In this document: in pieces, positions 1 to 11,872 of the stretch
Position numbering within the stretch: the first letter of the stretch is position 1
Layout of the letters: each line of letters begins with the position of its first letter
Assembly: GCF_000400465.1 (NCBI RefSeq)
Contig: NW_008806291.1
Location: forward strand, 135,680-167,679
Source: Wallemia ichthyophaga EXF-994
Taxonomy: Eukaryota; Fungi; Basidiomycota
DNA length: 32,000 nucleotides
Direction: 5' to 3'
Notes under the pieces: model-generated
Told to the model about the DNA's origin: nothing
What the model saw: the letters and a program-made list of their open reading frames with translations, nothing else
Database searches by the model: none
Translations under genes and position numbers: made by a program

Positions 1-23
1 CTAAACTAGTTAGCTTGATACAG

Positions 24-289
24 TTGATAATTGGAGACCAGTACAAACTATGCCATTCGGTACTGATCTGTTCGCATGGAAACATCCAACAGCGAAGAAG
101 ATGTTGATTGGTTGTGGATCAGTTTCAAGCGCTCATAAGTTGGATGAACACATATACAAGGATGAGTTGGTTGAAGGTGTTGATGTTTACGTGGAGCTGA
201 TCACCGGTTTATTGGAAGGTACGCTAAAAACGTCGACTACCAAGCAAGAACAAGCTGAGCAGCACAAGCATGTAAAGGATGAATTGTAA
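24..289 (+). CDS. 3' end of an M20/ArgE-family metallopeptidase or deacetylase (gene begins before the window)
   Basis: C-terminal motif GCGSVSSAHKLDEHIYKDELVEGVDVY fits the M20 G.G....AH..DE signature; probable intron acceptor CAG at ~21-23. Confidence 0.65.
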
Positions 290-367
290 AGGTGGATAAA
301 TTAGGATATAGTACAATCTTACACAAAAATATATTACGATGTCGTTAAATGAGCTGATATGATGGAT

Positions 368-1842
368 TTACCTCCCCTTTACTAGAATACACCCTCGACT
401 CTGTTGACGCTCGATACTCCAACCTTGATTCTCGAGCATACGTGCTACTTGTGGGAACAGAATGGGTTGCTTACCAGTTGAATGCAAACCAATACCAGTA
501 ATGAAAACAAGTGGACCAAGTTTGAGTAGTTGATTGTTGTTGAGGGGACGTTTAGACCACCATTTATCAACGCTATCAGCGGCAACGGCTAAAGCTTCTT
601 GTGAAGTGAGGTAGTGCAGATCTACAACATTTTCAGATAGTGATGATCTGGATTGTATGGAAGCTTTAGCAGCCTTGACAGCCCATTCATCGGCTAGCTC
701 TTTCAATTCTCTAGCCTGTTGAGATTTTGCTTGACTTGCAATACCACCTGTACCATGTTTCCAAGATTTAGAAGAGTAATAAAGATGACCAGCATCTTTG
801 ATAGCAGATTGTCGTTTAATTCTAAAGTCATGCTCCATTTTACGACAATAAAGTTCGTAGTGGTTTGTAGAATTGTTAGAACTGTTAGAATCAATGTCAT
901 CTTTAGTGACTTGAGGTAGATGAGGGAAAATAGGTTGATTGTTCTTCTTTGGAGGCTTCTTACTAATTTTATTCCAAGCAGTTGGTGTACTAATTGATTG
1001 GGAGGGTATAGAAGGGGTGGATTTAGCTCTGGAAAGTTTAGTTGGGTTGTTTGAAGTAGAAATGTTGAGTTGATCTTCAAGCAAACCATCGATGGAGCGT
1101 TCAGATAGTTTCAAGTGGTTCAGAGTGTGGAGAACGGTTTCAGCGTCTTCTATACGATTATTACAGGCTTGTAGGACTAATTTAGCGTCATGAATATCTT
1201 GATTGCTGAATAAAGCGAGGAAGATGTCTAATGCGGTAGAGTTTAGAATGTGATTGAATGTTTCCAAGTAAGTAGATAAAGCGTCGGACAGAGTTAAAGC
1301 TTTAGTTGAGTTTATGTGAGATTTGAGTGAGTTAATGAGATGGTCATTTGAGACACCAAGTTGTCTATGAATGGAGGTTGAAATTGAATCTAACACAACC
1401 CAATCAAAATCTGTAGGAGGCTCAAATTGTTTTATAGGAGTGATTGATTGTTGTTTTTTTTTCTTCTTGTTTGAATTTGAGGGGAGTGAGGTTGTTGAAG
1501 ACGGTGATTGTGTAGTGTAATTTGACAATCTGAACTCATTTTGAATCAAGTATTCAATTGTAGTATCTAAGTTATTATCGTTGTTAATGAGTGTCGAGTT
1601 TAGTTGATTAGATGAAAGTGAAGGGAATGAATCTTTTAAAAAGTCTAAAACGTTATCATCGAGGTTTTTATCACCGTCTAACTCATTTAAAGTGTCTAAC
1701 AAGCTATCAACGTCATCACCGTAGTCTTGGATTAAAAGGGTTAAGAGTGTTGTATCGATGGAGGGATACTTTCGCTTCTATTTGTTAGATTTGAGTATTT
1801 TAAAAGCATATTACCTACTTGGATATCTTCAAATATCAACAT
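368..1842 (-). CDS. CUE2: CUE-domain plus Smr-domain endonuclease (Cue2/N4BP2-like)
   Basis: Two N-terminal CUE-like repeats (KYPSIDTTLL.., SFPSLSSNQL..) and a C-terminal Smr domain (VDLHYLTSQEAL..FITGIGLHS). Probable short first exon from ATG at 1842, followed by a gtaggt..ag intron. Confidence 0.75.
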
Positions 1843-1870
1843 GATTGTGTGAGTACTCTAGAGGATATCT

Positions 1871-2407
1871 CTACTGCCTCGAATTAAATTTAACAAATTT
1901 ATAAATAAGCTCATTTGATAATAATTTATCAATTGAATTGAACTCATCTGCTAAATCTTTATTTGAAATATACTGATGGCAGCTATTGTGGCAATTTCTG
2001 CAGATTTTAATAGTGAGATTATCGCACTGATGCTTATCAAATAAACCTCTTTTGATCAACCTTTTATGTTCAGATTTTGGTAGCAAGTGATGTATCGTTA
2101 GTCGAGTAAATCTTTCACAAAGTTCACATTGATTGTTGTTCAAGTATTCTATGTCTTGTGTGTGTGTTTGCGTGTGTGTATAGTTGAATATAATTTTATC
2201 AACCTTTTCATCCGCGATCCCCTCATCCACACCCAACTCAACTAAACAACCAATTAGAAGGCTTCTGATCTGAGAATCTTCGTTGGCTATATCATCTATA
2301 TCCTCAATATCCTCATCCTGAATCAAATCAATCAAATATTCAACTAGATCTTCCTCCTCAACTTCCCGCCTAATCGAATTACCCAATTTATCCAAATCCA
2401 AATCCAT
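1871..2407 (-). CDS. Small HNH-family (McrA/YisB-like) zinc-binding protein with an acidic N-terminal helical domain
   Basis: Single 178-aa ORF with [21 protein letters not shown] (CxxC, HH, CxxCH pattern). Confidence 0.7.
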   Translation of the reverse strand: MDLDLDKLGNSIRREVEEEDLVEYLIDLIQDEDIEDIDDIANEDSQIRSLLIGCLVELGVDEGIADEKVDKIIFNYTHTQTHTQDIEYLNNNQCELCERFTRLTIHHLLPKSEHKRLIKRGLFDKHQCDNLTIKICRNCHNSCHQYISNKDLADEFNSIDKLLSNELIYKFVKFNSRQ

Positions 2408-2467
2408 TTCTAAACATTGACCAAATGTATTTGCCGTTTATTCTCATACATAAAAATTTGTTAAAAT

Positions 2468-2990
2468 TTAAATGCTTGATGGGTAAAGCATCTGTAAGGA
2501 AATAAACCGTGAATATAATTCTCAATGCAAATAAACGACAACCCACAATACGACAGGTTGCACCAAATGTAACTGGTGGAAGGTTCGAGGAGAATTTTGC
2601 ACGAACGACGCCAGAGTTACCGTGGGTACGAGTGCAGCGACCCCAAATGACGCGGACCTTGGTTCCATTAACTGCCTTCTTACCCTTGTAAACGTATGCG
2701 ATTCTCTGTGAGCTTTGTGAGCTAGCCATCCACACCACTCAAATCACAACGAAACCCACCTTACCAAGGTAGAATTTAGCATCTTCAGTCTTGGTTGCAC
2801 CCTCAACTTGGATGATAGAGGTCTTTGGGCGTGACGTACGCTTTCCTCTTTGGTGCGAGAGTACACGACCACGGGCGTAGAGGCTGAGTCGAGCGATTAG
2901 ATTGATTGTAAAGCCACGTCCAAAAACACTAACCGAGTCACTGTATTAGATATTAGCTTTTCCTTATATTCTACTCTACTCGCACTCACT
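2468..2990 (-). CDS. RPL35A: 60S ribosomal protein eL33 (L35a/L33), multi-exon
   Basis: Spliced translation [71 protein letters not shown]. Confidence 0.95.
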
Positions 2991-3122
2991 TGCTAAATTA
3001 GTTGGTCAAGGCTAAAGAGAAGAAATTTGACATGATATCAATCCCAAATTTTTAACTTTAAATTTTATTCTTATTTCTTCATCCTTGTATAGTACAATAC
3101 ATATTTACTTGTTTTATTCCCT

Positions 3123-5064
3123 TTATCCTCCCCCTCTGCGCTTCACCGGTGAATGAGACATCCTAGCCTTGGAAACTTGCTCTGCCTGCGAAGGTCTCTT
3201 ATTCGCATTACTACCCCTAACTCCTCTCTTTGTTGGCGTTCCTTTTCCTCCCTTGTTGCTGTCCTTCAGCTTTGCCATCTTCACCCTCTCTGCAGCCCTC
3301 TGCTGTGCCTCTGCTGCTTGATTTGGCGGGTTTGTTGAGTTTTTAGGGTTTGATGGACTTGTAGTATTTGCTGTGTTTGCATTGTTTGAATTGTTTACAG
3401 TGTTTCTACTGCTTTTACTCCCATCATTCCTATCACCTTTACCTCTAGCACCCGCAAACGAAAATGGCGTTGGCTTTGTCGCTGCTGATGTTCTTGGGGT
3501 TGGCGGTGCTTGCTCCACCTTCTTAAGTTTCTTCACCATTCTCGTCTTCCCTGTACCTTCTTCGCCACCTCCAGAGCTACTCGATGCCTTTGCATTAGTT
3601 GTACTGCTACCACTTCCACCGAATATCTTCTTGCCTACACTTTTGATCATCCCAGCAGCCTTGCTAGCAGTTGCGACTCTAGTTGGTGGTTTCCCGCCTC
3701 CGCTCATCCTAGCAGATGGTCTTCCTCTAGCATTAGCTGCCATACTTGACCGTCTCTTCTGTCTCGACACCTCTAATCTACGCTTGACATCATCTCTACG
3801 CTCCTTCTCCTCATTTGTAGGTGCAGCCACTTTGATCCTCTTGTTAGGTTGGCTTGGTTCTGTTACAGATGGTCTAGCTTTGGCTTCTTTCTGCAGAACA
3901 CCCTCGTCTTGAGCAGATGAGGTGGGTTGAGTAGGTTGTGTCGTTTGTCTATATTGTGCAGCCTTCGATGGACTTGTCTTGCCCTCAGTCTGTGCCCTCG
4001 GCTGACCTGGCTTCTTGGGCGAAACCTTGGGTCTGGCTGCATAGTGATCGGCTATACTGCCCATCTTCTTAAACTCATTCTCATGTGCATCATCGAATTT
4101 CCTCTTTATCTTGAGATTCGTGGCACTCTTCAACCCTAATTGCGCTGCACTCTTTGGTGATCTACTCGTCTCTGCTTGCGCTTCAACTTCAGGCTTGACT
4201 TCGGCAGTTGGCAGACGTCTGTTCAGTTCATCCATAATCGACGTGAAACCTGCATTTGAAACACCTGATTGCTGCCCAAACACGAATTGTGGTAGTGGTG
4301 GGTACACCTTAGGTGATGCGCTTCTACTTGAGACATCGCTCTTGTTGTTTCCAGGCAGACTTGGTCTGTTTACGAACGAAGGTGATGGCGATGGCGGTCT
4401 ATTGTCATTGTTGACTAGTTTAACGGTATCGTCAATAATTGTGTCATCATGTATCGATGCAGCTGTTGATAAACGAGTTGGTTGACATTCTCCAGGAATG
4501 ACATTCCAATTCTCTTCTTCCTGCTCATCCTCATCCTCGCTGCTGCTATCTTGATCCATTGGAACGCAAACATCCTGAAACTTGGATGGACTGACGGTGG
4601 ATTGCTTCGAAGGGCTAATATCCCTCCACTTGTTCTTAATAGTTGAAGCCAAGGACCTCAAAGTTGAGCTTGATTTTGAGTGTGTAGGCTGTGATCCGTG
4701 TTCTCCTGCTTGTTTACGCGGTGAAGCTGGTCCAAAGTCGACATTCTCAGAATGGCTAACATCGTCAACCATTTCCCAATTGTCTGTCATTCTACCTTTC
4801 TTCGTTGGTGACTCCTCAGGCGCACCTGCAAAGTCATCGAGTTCCTGTCTACTGATATTCCCGGCCAAGTTTTCTAATCTACCAATAAGCTCTGTATTCT
4901 GAGATAAAAACGCGTAAACTTGCTGGCTTATAATCACAAAACGATACACGCACCTTTCCTTTAGCGGTGAGACCAAATCTTTTACACAGTCTATTCAATT
5001 GTGGGCGCTTTAACGCATGCAGGGCTGCGCTATTTGATAATATCTCCTTTGAAGGTTCCGACAT
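3123..5064 (-). CDS. SAP-domain, low-complexity basic protein with a NuSAP-like motif (putative microtubule/chromatin-associated protein)
   Basis: N-terminal SAP-like exon MSEPSKEILSNSAALHALKRPQLNRLCKRFGLTAKGK, then an intron. Internal RKFDDAHENEFKKMGSIADHY resembles the NuSAP conserved block. Confidence 0.6.
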
Positions 5065-5111
5065 GTCGTTGTTCAGGTCAAACCAAGGTAAACGCGGGTG
5101 TTTGTGATAAA

Positions 5112-6161
5112 ATGAGAGTAATTGCCGTGAAACTGAGTGAATGGAATCCAAGTGACGACGTGAGTGAATTTGTTTAGTGGGGTATAACACACAGCTCACT
5201 CCACCCTTCAAGCTATTCAATAAACTCCTTTCAACCCTAGACACAGCCTCAATTGAACGTACTAAAGCATACAGATTTAAGGATGACGCGAAGAGTACGC
5301 GTTTTAAGCTATATTAAACCAATTCACACTTACAAAAGTACCAGGATGTATTATTGGAAGACTGCTGCCACGATACATACTCACGAAATACTTCAACATT
5401 GATTGGAACTTAATTTCATTCGGTGCAACTCCAGAGAATAGACCTTTCTATGTGAGAAACCGTTTATTATTATCATTTCAATTCTCACTCACTTCAGTCT
5501 AATCCTGTCGACATTCCAGTCTCAGATTACAACGTATCCCATGACGGAGACTATGTTTTAATCGGTTATACGCTATCCCATAACTCCAGAATAGGCGTCG
5601 ATGTTACAAGGCTAGCTTTACCTCGCAATACAACGCACGAAGAGTTCTACCAAGCATTTGAGACACAGGTGTGTACTTTGCCTTAATGGAATTAAACAGT
5701 TTTAAGCTTTTCTGCAGATGCACTCCAGTGAAAGCATCAATCTACGCGCTATGCCAGACCACACATCGAAACTCAGCAGATTGCTATCTTTATGGACACT
5801 TAAAGAGGCTTATACGAAAGCCTTAGGTTTTGGATTAGGGTTTGATTTCAGCCGCGTGGCTTATAGATTCCCTTGCGATTATACTGCAGACTCAACGACC
5901 CCCACAACGCCCGAACAACGTCAACAGAACGCTGCTGCTAACATCACAGCAGTCACAGTAGATGGACGGGATTTAAAACTCGGTTATGTTACTCAAGGGG
6001 TTTTAAATAGATGGGGCTTTTTTCAGGCTCACTTGGATGGCCATCTTGTTGCTGTTTCGCTCAGAGATGGTTCTGAAGGACAGTATCAGCAGCAGGAATG
6101 GCTTAGCACGATACACGTAGATGATCTAGTGAATGATGTACTATCTATAAAGAACAAGTGA
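5112..6161 (+). CDS. LYS5: 4'-phosphopantetheinyl transferase (Sfp/Lys5/AASDHPPT type), multi-exon
   Basis: Spliced MRVIAVKLSEWNPSDD..AYRFKDDAKRCIIGRLLPRY..YNVSHDGDYV..IGVDV..LWTLKEAYTKALGFGL. Confidence 0.85.
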
Positions 6162-6179
6162 ATAATTATATCATACTGC

Positions 6180-7534
6180 CTACTCCCATTGAACATACGT
6201 CAACTCTTCAACCCACTGTTCGCGAGCTTCTTTTTGAGTATCTTTATTAGCCGGATCTAAGCAGCAATCATTCTCGCAGACAAAGAGAAGTATAGTGCCC
6301 CACTCCATATCTGCTGATTTATTATCTTGCAACTCCTCCTTCTGTTTGTCGTCAGTTTCAGTGGAAGTGTTGCACAAGTTAATAATATTAGGCGTGACCT
6401 GACACTCAAATACACGCTTGCTACCGCACTGTGCACATCTTGGCACTTTAGACGCGTCGTAGCTGTTTCCACTACCGTATAGCTTCTTGTAAACTTCATC
6501 TCTGTTGGTGTACATCATCGGCACACCGCCCAGATCATATCTTATGCACTGCTGTGGTTCATGGCTGATGCGTTTGACGAAATGCTCAAAAGCCTGATCC
6601 ATTCCATTACCCATACTCCTCTCAAACTCTTCCAGCTCGCTATTTGGACCAGCTGAGAGGGTTTGATTCACCTCTTCAATCTTCAAAGGCTTTTCAGAGC
6701 TCTGCTTTGGTATGACTTCGGGTGTGGTTGCGATGTACTGACTTGTGTAGCTCGGTTGCGTTGGCCACGATAACTTCGTTGGCGCTGCACCTCCATCTGA
6801 AATCTCCAACTTGGCTAGCTCAGCTTCTAGCTCTTCATCTTCATCTTCTCCTTCCTCCTCGCTATCTGAATCTATTATCTTCTTGAATCTAGGCTGTTCC
6901 TCTTCATCGTGGTCAGAGTCGGAGCTGTCTGCACCAAAAGCACCACCTCCCTGACTACTCTGATTGAATGGGTTGGGTTTATGTGACTGTGTCTAGTTAG
7001 CAGGCTTTATCGTACCCAAGTACCCAAACACACAGTAAATGGATTGCTCTTTGCTTCTTCCTTAGCCTTGTTTTCATCCTCTACCTGCTTCTTCTTCTTT
7101 TCTTGATCCCTCTGCTTCAATTTCTCGAGCTTCCTCGCCCACTTTTCATTCCTAGACAAACACCTAAACGCTCTGACACTGCCCTCCTTCTTCTGGCACG
7201 CGACTCTAGAGCATGCGAAGAAGAACAATACTCTATCATTGACAGAATCAGGATATGGCGCAAATATCTGTATCATCATCTGCATACTCCCATTGCAATT
7301 TTTACATAAATTGCTTGAGGGGTTAGGGAGAGAGCGTAAACGCGGGAAGGACTGAGATGTAAATAAGAATATATCAAGGTTACAAAAGAGAGTGCGTACA
7401 GGTTGACCTCCGATGCGCGATATTTCAATGACTGGATGATCTGAATCGGCGATCGGACCGCCATCAGGCAAGCCCAGGTGAACATTGCTCTCGTATTCAC
7501 TGTAGTCTGAATCGTCTGAATCGTATGAGCTCAT
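6180..7534 (-). CDS. TSR4: PDCD2-like protein / uS5 chaperone Tsr4
   Basis: N-terminal VHLG..SRIGGQP..C..C..MIQIFAP; C-terminal PDCD2_C IRYDLGG..C..CGSKRVFECQVTP..MEWGTILLFVC. Confidence 0.8.
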
Positions 7535-7865
7535 TATGCTTATGGTTTTACTGAAGAAATGTCAGAAAAGAAGAGAAAGAAAGAGCGTAAGAGAAAAGAG
7601 AGAGTGCTAGATCAGGGCCAAAAGTATCATCAACCCGATAATCCATCCAGTACGATCCACATTGGCTTCCGAATAACTCAGAGAACCGCCGCGGAGAGTG
7701 TACCTTGAAGAAAACCAGTAAGACTCGTCATCTAAAAGTAAAATATATTTCATCCTCTAGCACTACTCTATTCCTTTACGCCTCCCGCCTCATTTTACTC
7801 ACTTTATTTCGTTGCGGATCAAGAAGCTTTTCCCATTTCTGCTTTTCAAAATCCCCAAATCAAAA

Positions 7866-8881
7866 ATGAGCAGCGGAAATCCCGATGAGCAAATCTGGCA
7901 GAGACTGAGCGTGGATGCGCTAGCGATTCTAGCCAGCTCAGAGCTGATCACCAAGGAATTAAATGAGGCTGTGCTGGAAGAGAAGACTATAGAATACAAT
8001 AGCGATGTCAGATACACCATTGGTGGCAAGTTCTTATCCGATCACTTGGAAGCCTTCAATAGCCAGAATAAGTGCGTTTTGTGTGTCTTGCTCTTTGTTT
8101 CGCTTCTTACCCGCGAATTACAGCGCTCGCAATCTCATCAGCCACAATCACCAGCACGTCATTGAACCCGATTATAACACACCATTCAATAGCTACGAAG
8201 ATGCTCTAGATAGGCTACTCCCTTATCACGTATATCAACAGCCAGTTGAAGACACTCACGTCTCCCGACCTTCCACAAGCCTAGGTGATGATACCGTCCT
8301 CGATTTTTACGCACGGCGGCAGAAGATCTACGACAGATTCAGAAAAGCGAGAGAATTTGATGTTATACACAAGTCTCACTCAAATTTCCTCCTCAGACAA
8401 GTCAATAGTCACATAAAAGACGATAACGTCAGATTGGCACAACAAATACGTGATTTAAAGGGTGTTCCTGGTGTTTCTACCACGAACAGATCAGCAACAT
8501 CCACTCCTGCCCCTTCTACTCCCGCAAACAATGCTCAGATTCCACTCACTCTCCCTTATACCAGACTCGGTCAGCTCATGTCACTAGGTATCACTCCTGT
8601 ACCGATTGCAAATGTACAAAATGGTGATAGCCCCGCATGTGTATTGCACAGCGTAATTGAGAACAGGGGCATGGTTCATTTGGTCGTTAACTTTGGCAGT
8701 CTCAATCCGAGACAACTTAACACTTTAGCGCAGCTATTGCGAACTTGTGAGTGTTATTCTCAACAACAAGTTTTTTTGTTTACAATAATTACTAGGGGTA
8801 TCTGAGAATGATCGGAATGCAGGAAATATTGGCGAAAATAACTCCAGAAACACAAACAATGATACCACGTCAAATGACTGA
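7866..8881 (+). CDS. GLTSCR1-domain protein (chromatin remodeller-associated), multi-exon
   Basis: PDYNTPFNSYEDALDRLLPYHVY matches the GLTSCR1 domain signature. Last exon inferred after a gtgagt..tag intron, ending at TGA 8879-8881. Confidence 0.65.
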
Positions 8882-9046
8882 TATGTGACTGATATACGAC
8901 TCAAACACAACCTCCTTAGACAAATTTAGCATTCACTCACTCGCATCCTTTGTTTCATGTTGTATAATTTATTGACAAGCGTGTTTTGTTTCTGACTGAC
9001 AGATATAAGTACAACACATGCAAAGCTAATTGAACTTGTGAAAATA

Positions 9047-9909
9047 TCATGTGGGTGGCTTGAAGAAACCTCTGATATCTTTACTTGCCTTTTCAGGCTT
9101 GTGCTTCTTGTTAGGTGGTGTTTTAGCTGCCGTTGGTGGTGGTGCCGGTGGACCTGGAGCTTTTCCTATCCTTTCCAATAAATCTTCGAGCGCGGCTTTA
9201 GGCAAGTCGTCACTTGTAGAGTTATAGTGTTTGAACACGCCATCTGTTTCGTCCACCACTAGAGCGTTCTGTATCGGTTCCAGATTGCAAACTGGCTGCT
9301 TTCTGTTGCCGAACATATTCAATATCTGTTGAATTTTAGAATGAGCGTCATTTCAAAAAGTACACCCACTTTTATAGCTTCGACGGGGTCTGCTATAGTT
9401 GGATGGTCTTGTCGTGTCGTGAGACGATCCTTGCAGACCTGATTGGATGTGAATGGTATGTTGGAACTGAGCAGGAACTCACTTGGTAAGATACCTCAAC
9501 TAGCCATATCGATAAGCTATCACACTGAATGTTATCTTCACTTACGACTCAAAGACTGAGTGACAGCGCCAAACTCAGCAGCGATTCTTGTCCAGTGTGA
9601 GCGTTGTCTGGAAGAGAGAAATAGCATTGAGAAATAACATAAAAACACTACTGAACCACCCACTTGATATCAATGTTTGTTCGGTCAACAATGACATTCA
9701 AACCAGTGGACAAAGTCTGCCTTACTAGCTTCTCTACACTCCGTCTGTCCTTCAAATCATCCTGATTGGCTCTAACCCAATTTGGGATGTGTCGTTCGAT
9801 AGCCTTAGACAGAGTGCTCTGAGAGGATATGAGAACGGAAATGCGAATAATCCTTACGGCAGACCTTCCCAGAGCCAACTACGCCAACCAAAATTAACAC
9901 GACCGTCAT
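9047..9909 (-). CDS. P-loop (AAA_33 / polynucleotide kinase-like) protein, multi-exon
   Basis: Spliced MTVVLILVGVVGSGK|STLSKAIERHIPNWVRANQDDLKDRR..VIVDRTNID (Walker A, DRTN motif). Confidence 0.75.
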
Positions 9910-9942
9910 TCCCGTTCGTTGTCTCTGCTCAACACTCTAGCA

Positions 9943-10545
9943 ATGGCAACTAAGAAGCAATTGGAAAATATGTTCACAACCAACGTCAAGCAGATGAATT
10001 GGAAATCAATGCAAAAGTCCAAATCACCAGAAATGCTCTTCGTCGGCAGATCAAACGTCGGGAAATCCAGTCTTCTCAATAGTCTTCTCTCAACCAAAGA
10101 CATGGTAAAGACGAGCAGACACGCAGGTCAAACAAAGCACTTAAATTACTTTTCACTTAATGGAAAATTCACCCTCGTGGATGCACCAGGATATGGCGGT
10201 ATGGGTAGAGATAGTTGGGGTGGAATAGTGGAAGAATACATTGAAACGCGTTCGAATCTGAATCGTGTTGTGGTTCTAATCAATGCTATGCATGGTTTAC
10301 TAGACAGTGATCACTATTTCCTAAACTATCTAAACAAACAAAGAGAAGAATATGGCGTACGTTGGTTATATCAATTGGCGTTTACAAAATCAGATATGGT
10401 TCCTAAGCCCGTTTTAGAGGAGTATGTTGGAAATGTGGAGATGGAGTTATGCAGACGATATCCAACACTGACACCACCAATACACATGGTATCAATTAAG
10501 GATCCCTTATCAATATTCAAGTTGAGACGGGGTCTGCTTGAGTAG
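9943..10545 (+). CDS. EngB/YihA-family GTPase (Mrx8/GTPBP8-like)
   Basis: G1 GRSNVGKSS, G2 GQTK, G3 DAPGYG, G4 TKSD. Confidence 0.85.
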   Translation: MATKKQLENMFTTNVKQMNWKSMQKSKSPEMLFVGRSNVGKSSLLNSLLSTKDMVKTSRHAGQTKHLNYFSLNGKFTLVDAPGYGGMGRDSWGGIVEEYIETRSNLNRVVVLINAMHGLLDSDHYFLNYLNKQREEYGVRWLYQLAFTKSDMVPKPVLEEYVGNVEMELCRRYPTLTPPIHMVSIKDPLSIFKLRRGLLE

Positions 10546-10549
10546 GAGG

Positions 10550-11839
10550 CTAAGTTAGATAGTCTAATACATGCACATAACCTTGACTAGTACAGAAGAC
10601 GACTTTACCATTCGCGTCGTCGAAATCAGCGTTAATGATAACACCCATATGTTGAGCATCTGTCGTTGGGAATACAATGTTGAAGTTGTTGTCGATAACA
10701 GTACACTTTGGGAAGTAACCACCTGTAATGATAGAGAAGAAGTATTTTGTATCGCTAACGTCTATGAATTGACCCATCGTCATCACCGTGTAGTCTGTGT
10801 TAAAGTGTTGCAATAATGGAGAAGGTGATTGTAGCGGGTAGTGATGTGTGATTGGGTTGTAGATATTGCTAGAGTTGAAAGTTGTTTTATGCAACTCATG
10901 TCTAGTCATGCATATTAAGTGGGTATCTTGACTTTGATCGTTACGCTGAATTGAGTTTGTAAACTTGCAAAGAAAGTTAAATTCATTTGGAGTTGATTGA
11001 TTGAATGTGAGTGATGGTATAATGCGTTGCTGGGTTGTATAGATTGTTGAAGATTGTCTGCTTTCCAAACAATGATCAGATTCGCGAAATGTGTTTACAG
11101 TGTATGTTGAATGTGTTGTGTTGTTACTGATTGACCATAAGTTAGATGATAGAATGTCTGATAAGTCATAAACTTCTATTCTCGAGTATTTAGTGATGAC
11201 TATTAAGTGATTATTGAGTAATTTCAATTGAGATAAAGTGTGATCTGAAGAGGAATCTCTCTGGAGTGTAAGGTGTTGATTTGTTCTGTGATTTAGAACG
11301 TGTAAGGTGTGATTAAAGGATGAGTAGACAATAAAGTCTTCTTCTATAGATATAGAGTGGCATATTGGCCAAGATCTATCATAGACGGTAGATAACAAAT
11401 CAATCCGATGTGGTTTATCAATGCTAACCCTATAAACGCAACTTGCGGGTTGATTATTGAAGAAATAGGCGACGATTAGGATATAATCATTACGCTTATC
11501 AACAGCTAAGCAAGTCAAGTCATCATTACACTTGATAGAAGCTTGATTGTTTATATTGATTAAGCTGTCAGATGAGCAAGTTATAACCAAATTATCAACC
11601 AAATGAACAAATTTAATGAAATACTTATCAAATTTGGTAGAAGTCAGTTTAAATCTTTGAGAATTCCACCTCTTATCAATCCTAATGGAATCCAAAGGCT
11701 TAGCTGTGTTTAGCCTTATAGAGAGCGCATGCGAGACTAAAGAATAGAAATCTTTATTGATTTCTAATAAAGCCAGTAGATTTGAAGTGTCTAGTCTATT
11801 AATAATTTCCAACCAAATATCCTCATTCAATAAGATCAT
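10550..11839 (-). CDS. F-box protein with a divergent beta-propeller-like C-terminus
   Basis: N-terminal LNEDIWLEIINRLDTSNLLALLEINKDFY is F-box-like; beta-rich downstream region; 429-aa uninterrupted ORF. Confidence 0.6.
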   Translation of the reverse strand: MILLNEDIWLEIINRLDTSNLLALLEINKDFYSLVSHALSIRLNTAKPLDSIRIDKRWNSQRFKLTSTKFDKYFIKFVHLVDNLVITCSSDSLININNQASIKCNDDLTCLAVDKRNDYILIVAYFFNNQPASCVYRVSIDKPHRIDLLSTVYDRSWPICHSISIEEDFIVYSSFNHTLHVLNHRTNQHLTLQRDSSSDHTLSQLKLLNNHLIVITKYSRIEVYDLSDILSSNLWSISNNTTHSTYTVNTFRESDHCLESRQSSTIYTTQQRIIPSLTFNQSTPNEFNFLCKFTNSIQRNDQSQDTHLICMTRHELHKTTFNSSNIYNPITHHYPLQSPSPLLQHFNTDYTVMTMGQFIDVSDTKYFFSIITGGYFPKCTVIDNNFNIVFPTTDAQHMGVIINADFDDANGKVVFCTSQGYVHVLDYLT

Positions 11840-11872
11840 TATTATGGTTCAACTGACGACGTCAAACGATAA

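Noticed and set aside
1871-2407. HNH protein as the partner nuclease of the structured repeat
   Set aside because: It is 12 kb away, only 178 aa, has no RuvC or bridge-helix features, and looks like a resident fungal gene. Nothing in the sequence links the two.
3153-4902. Several antisense ORFs of 60-180 aa over the NuSAP-like gene (similar ones over WDR70, F-box and BDF1)
   Set aside because: Shadow ORFs of coding strands with low-complexity codon use; no motifs.
4910-5302. MCB-like ACGCGT sites near the NuSAP-like gene
   Set aside because: One overlaps a splice donor of the PPTase gene and the other lies inside the NuSAP-like gene. Two hexamers are expected by chance.
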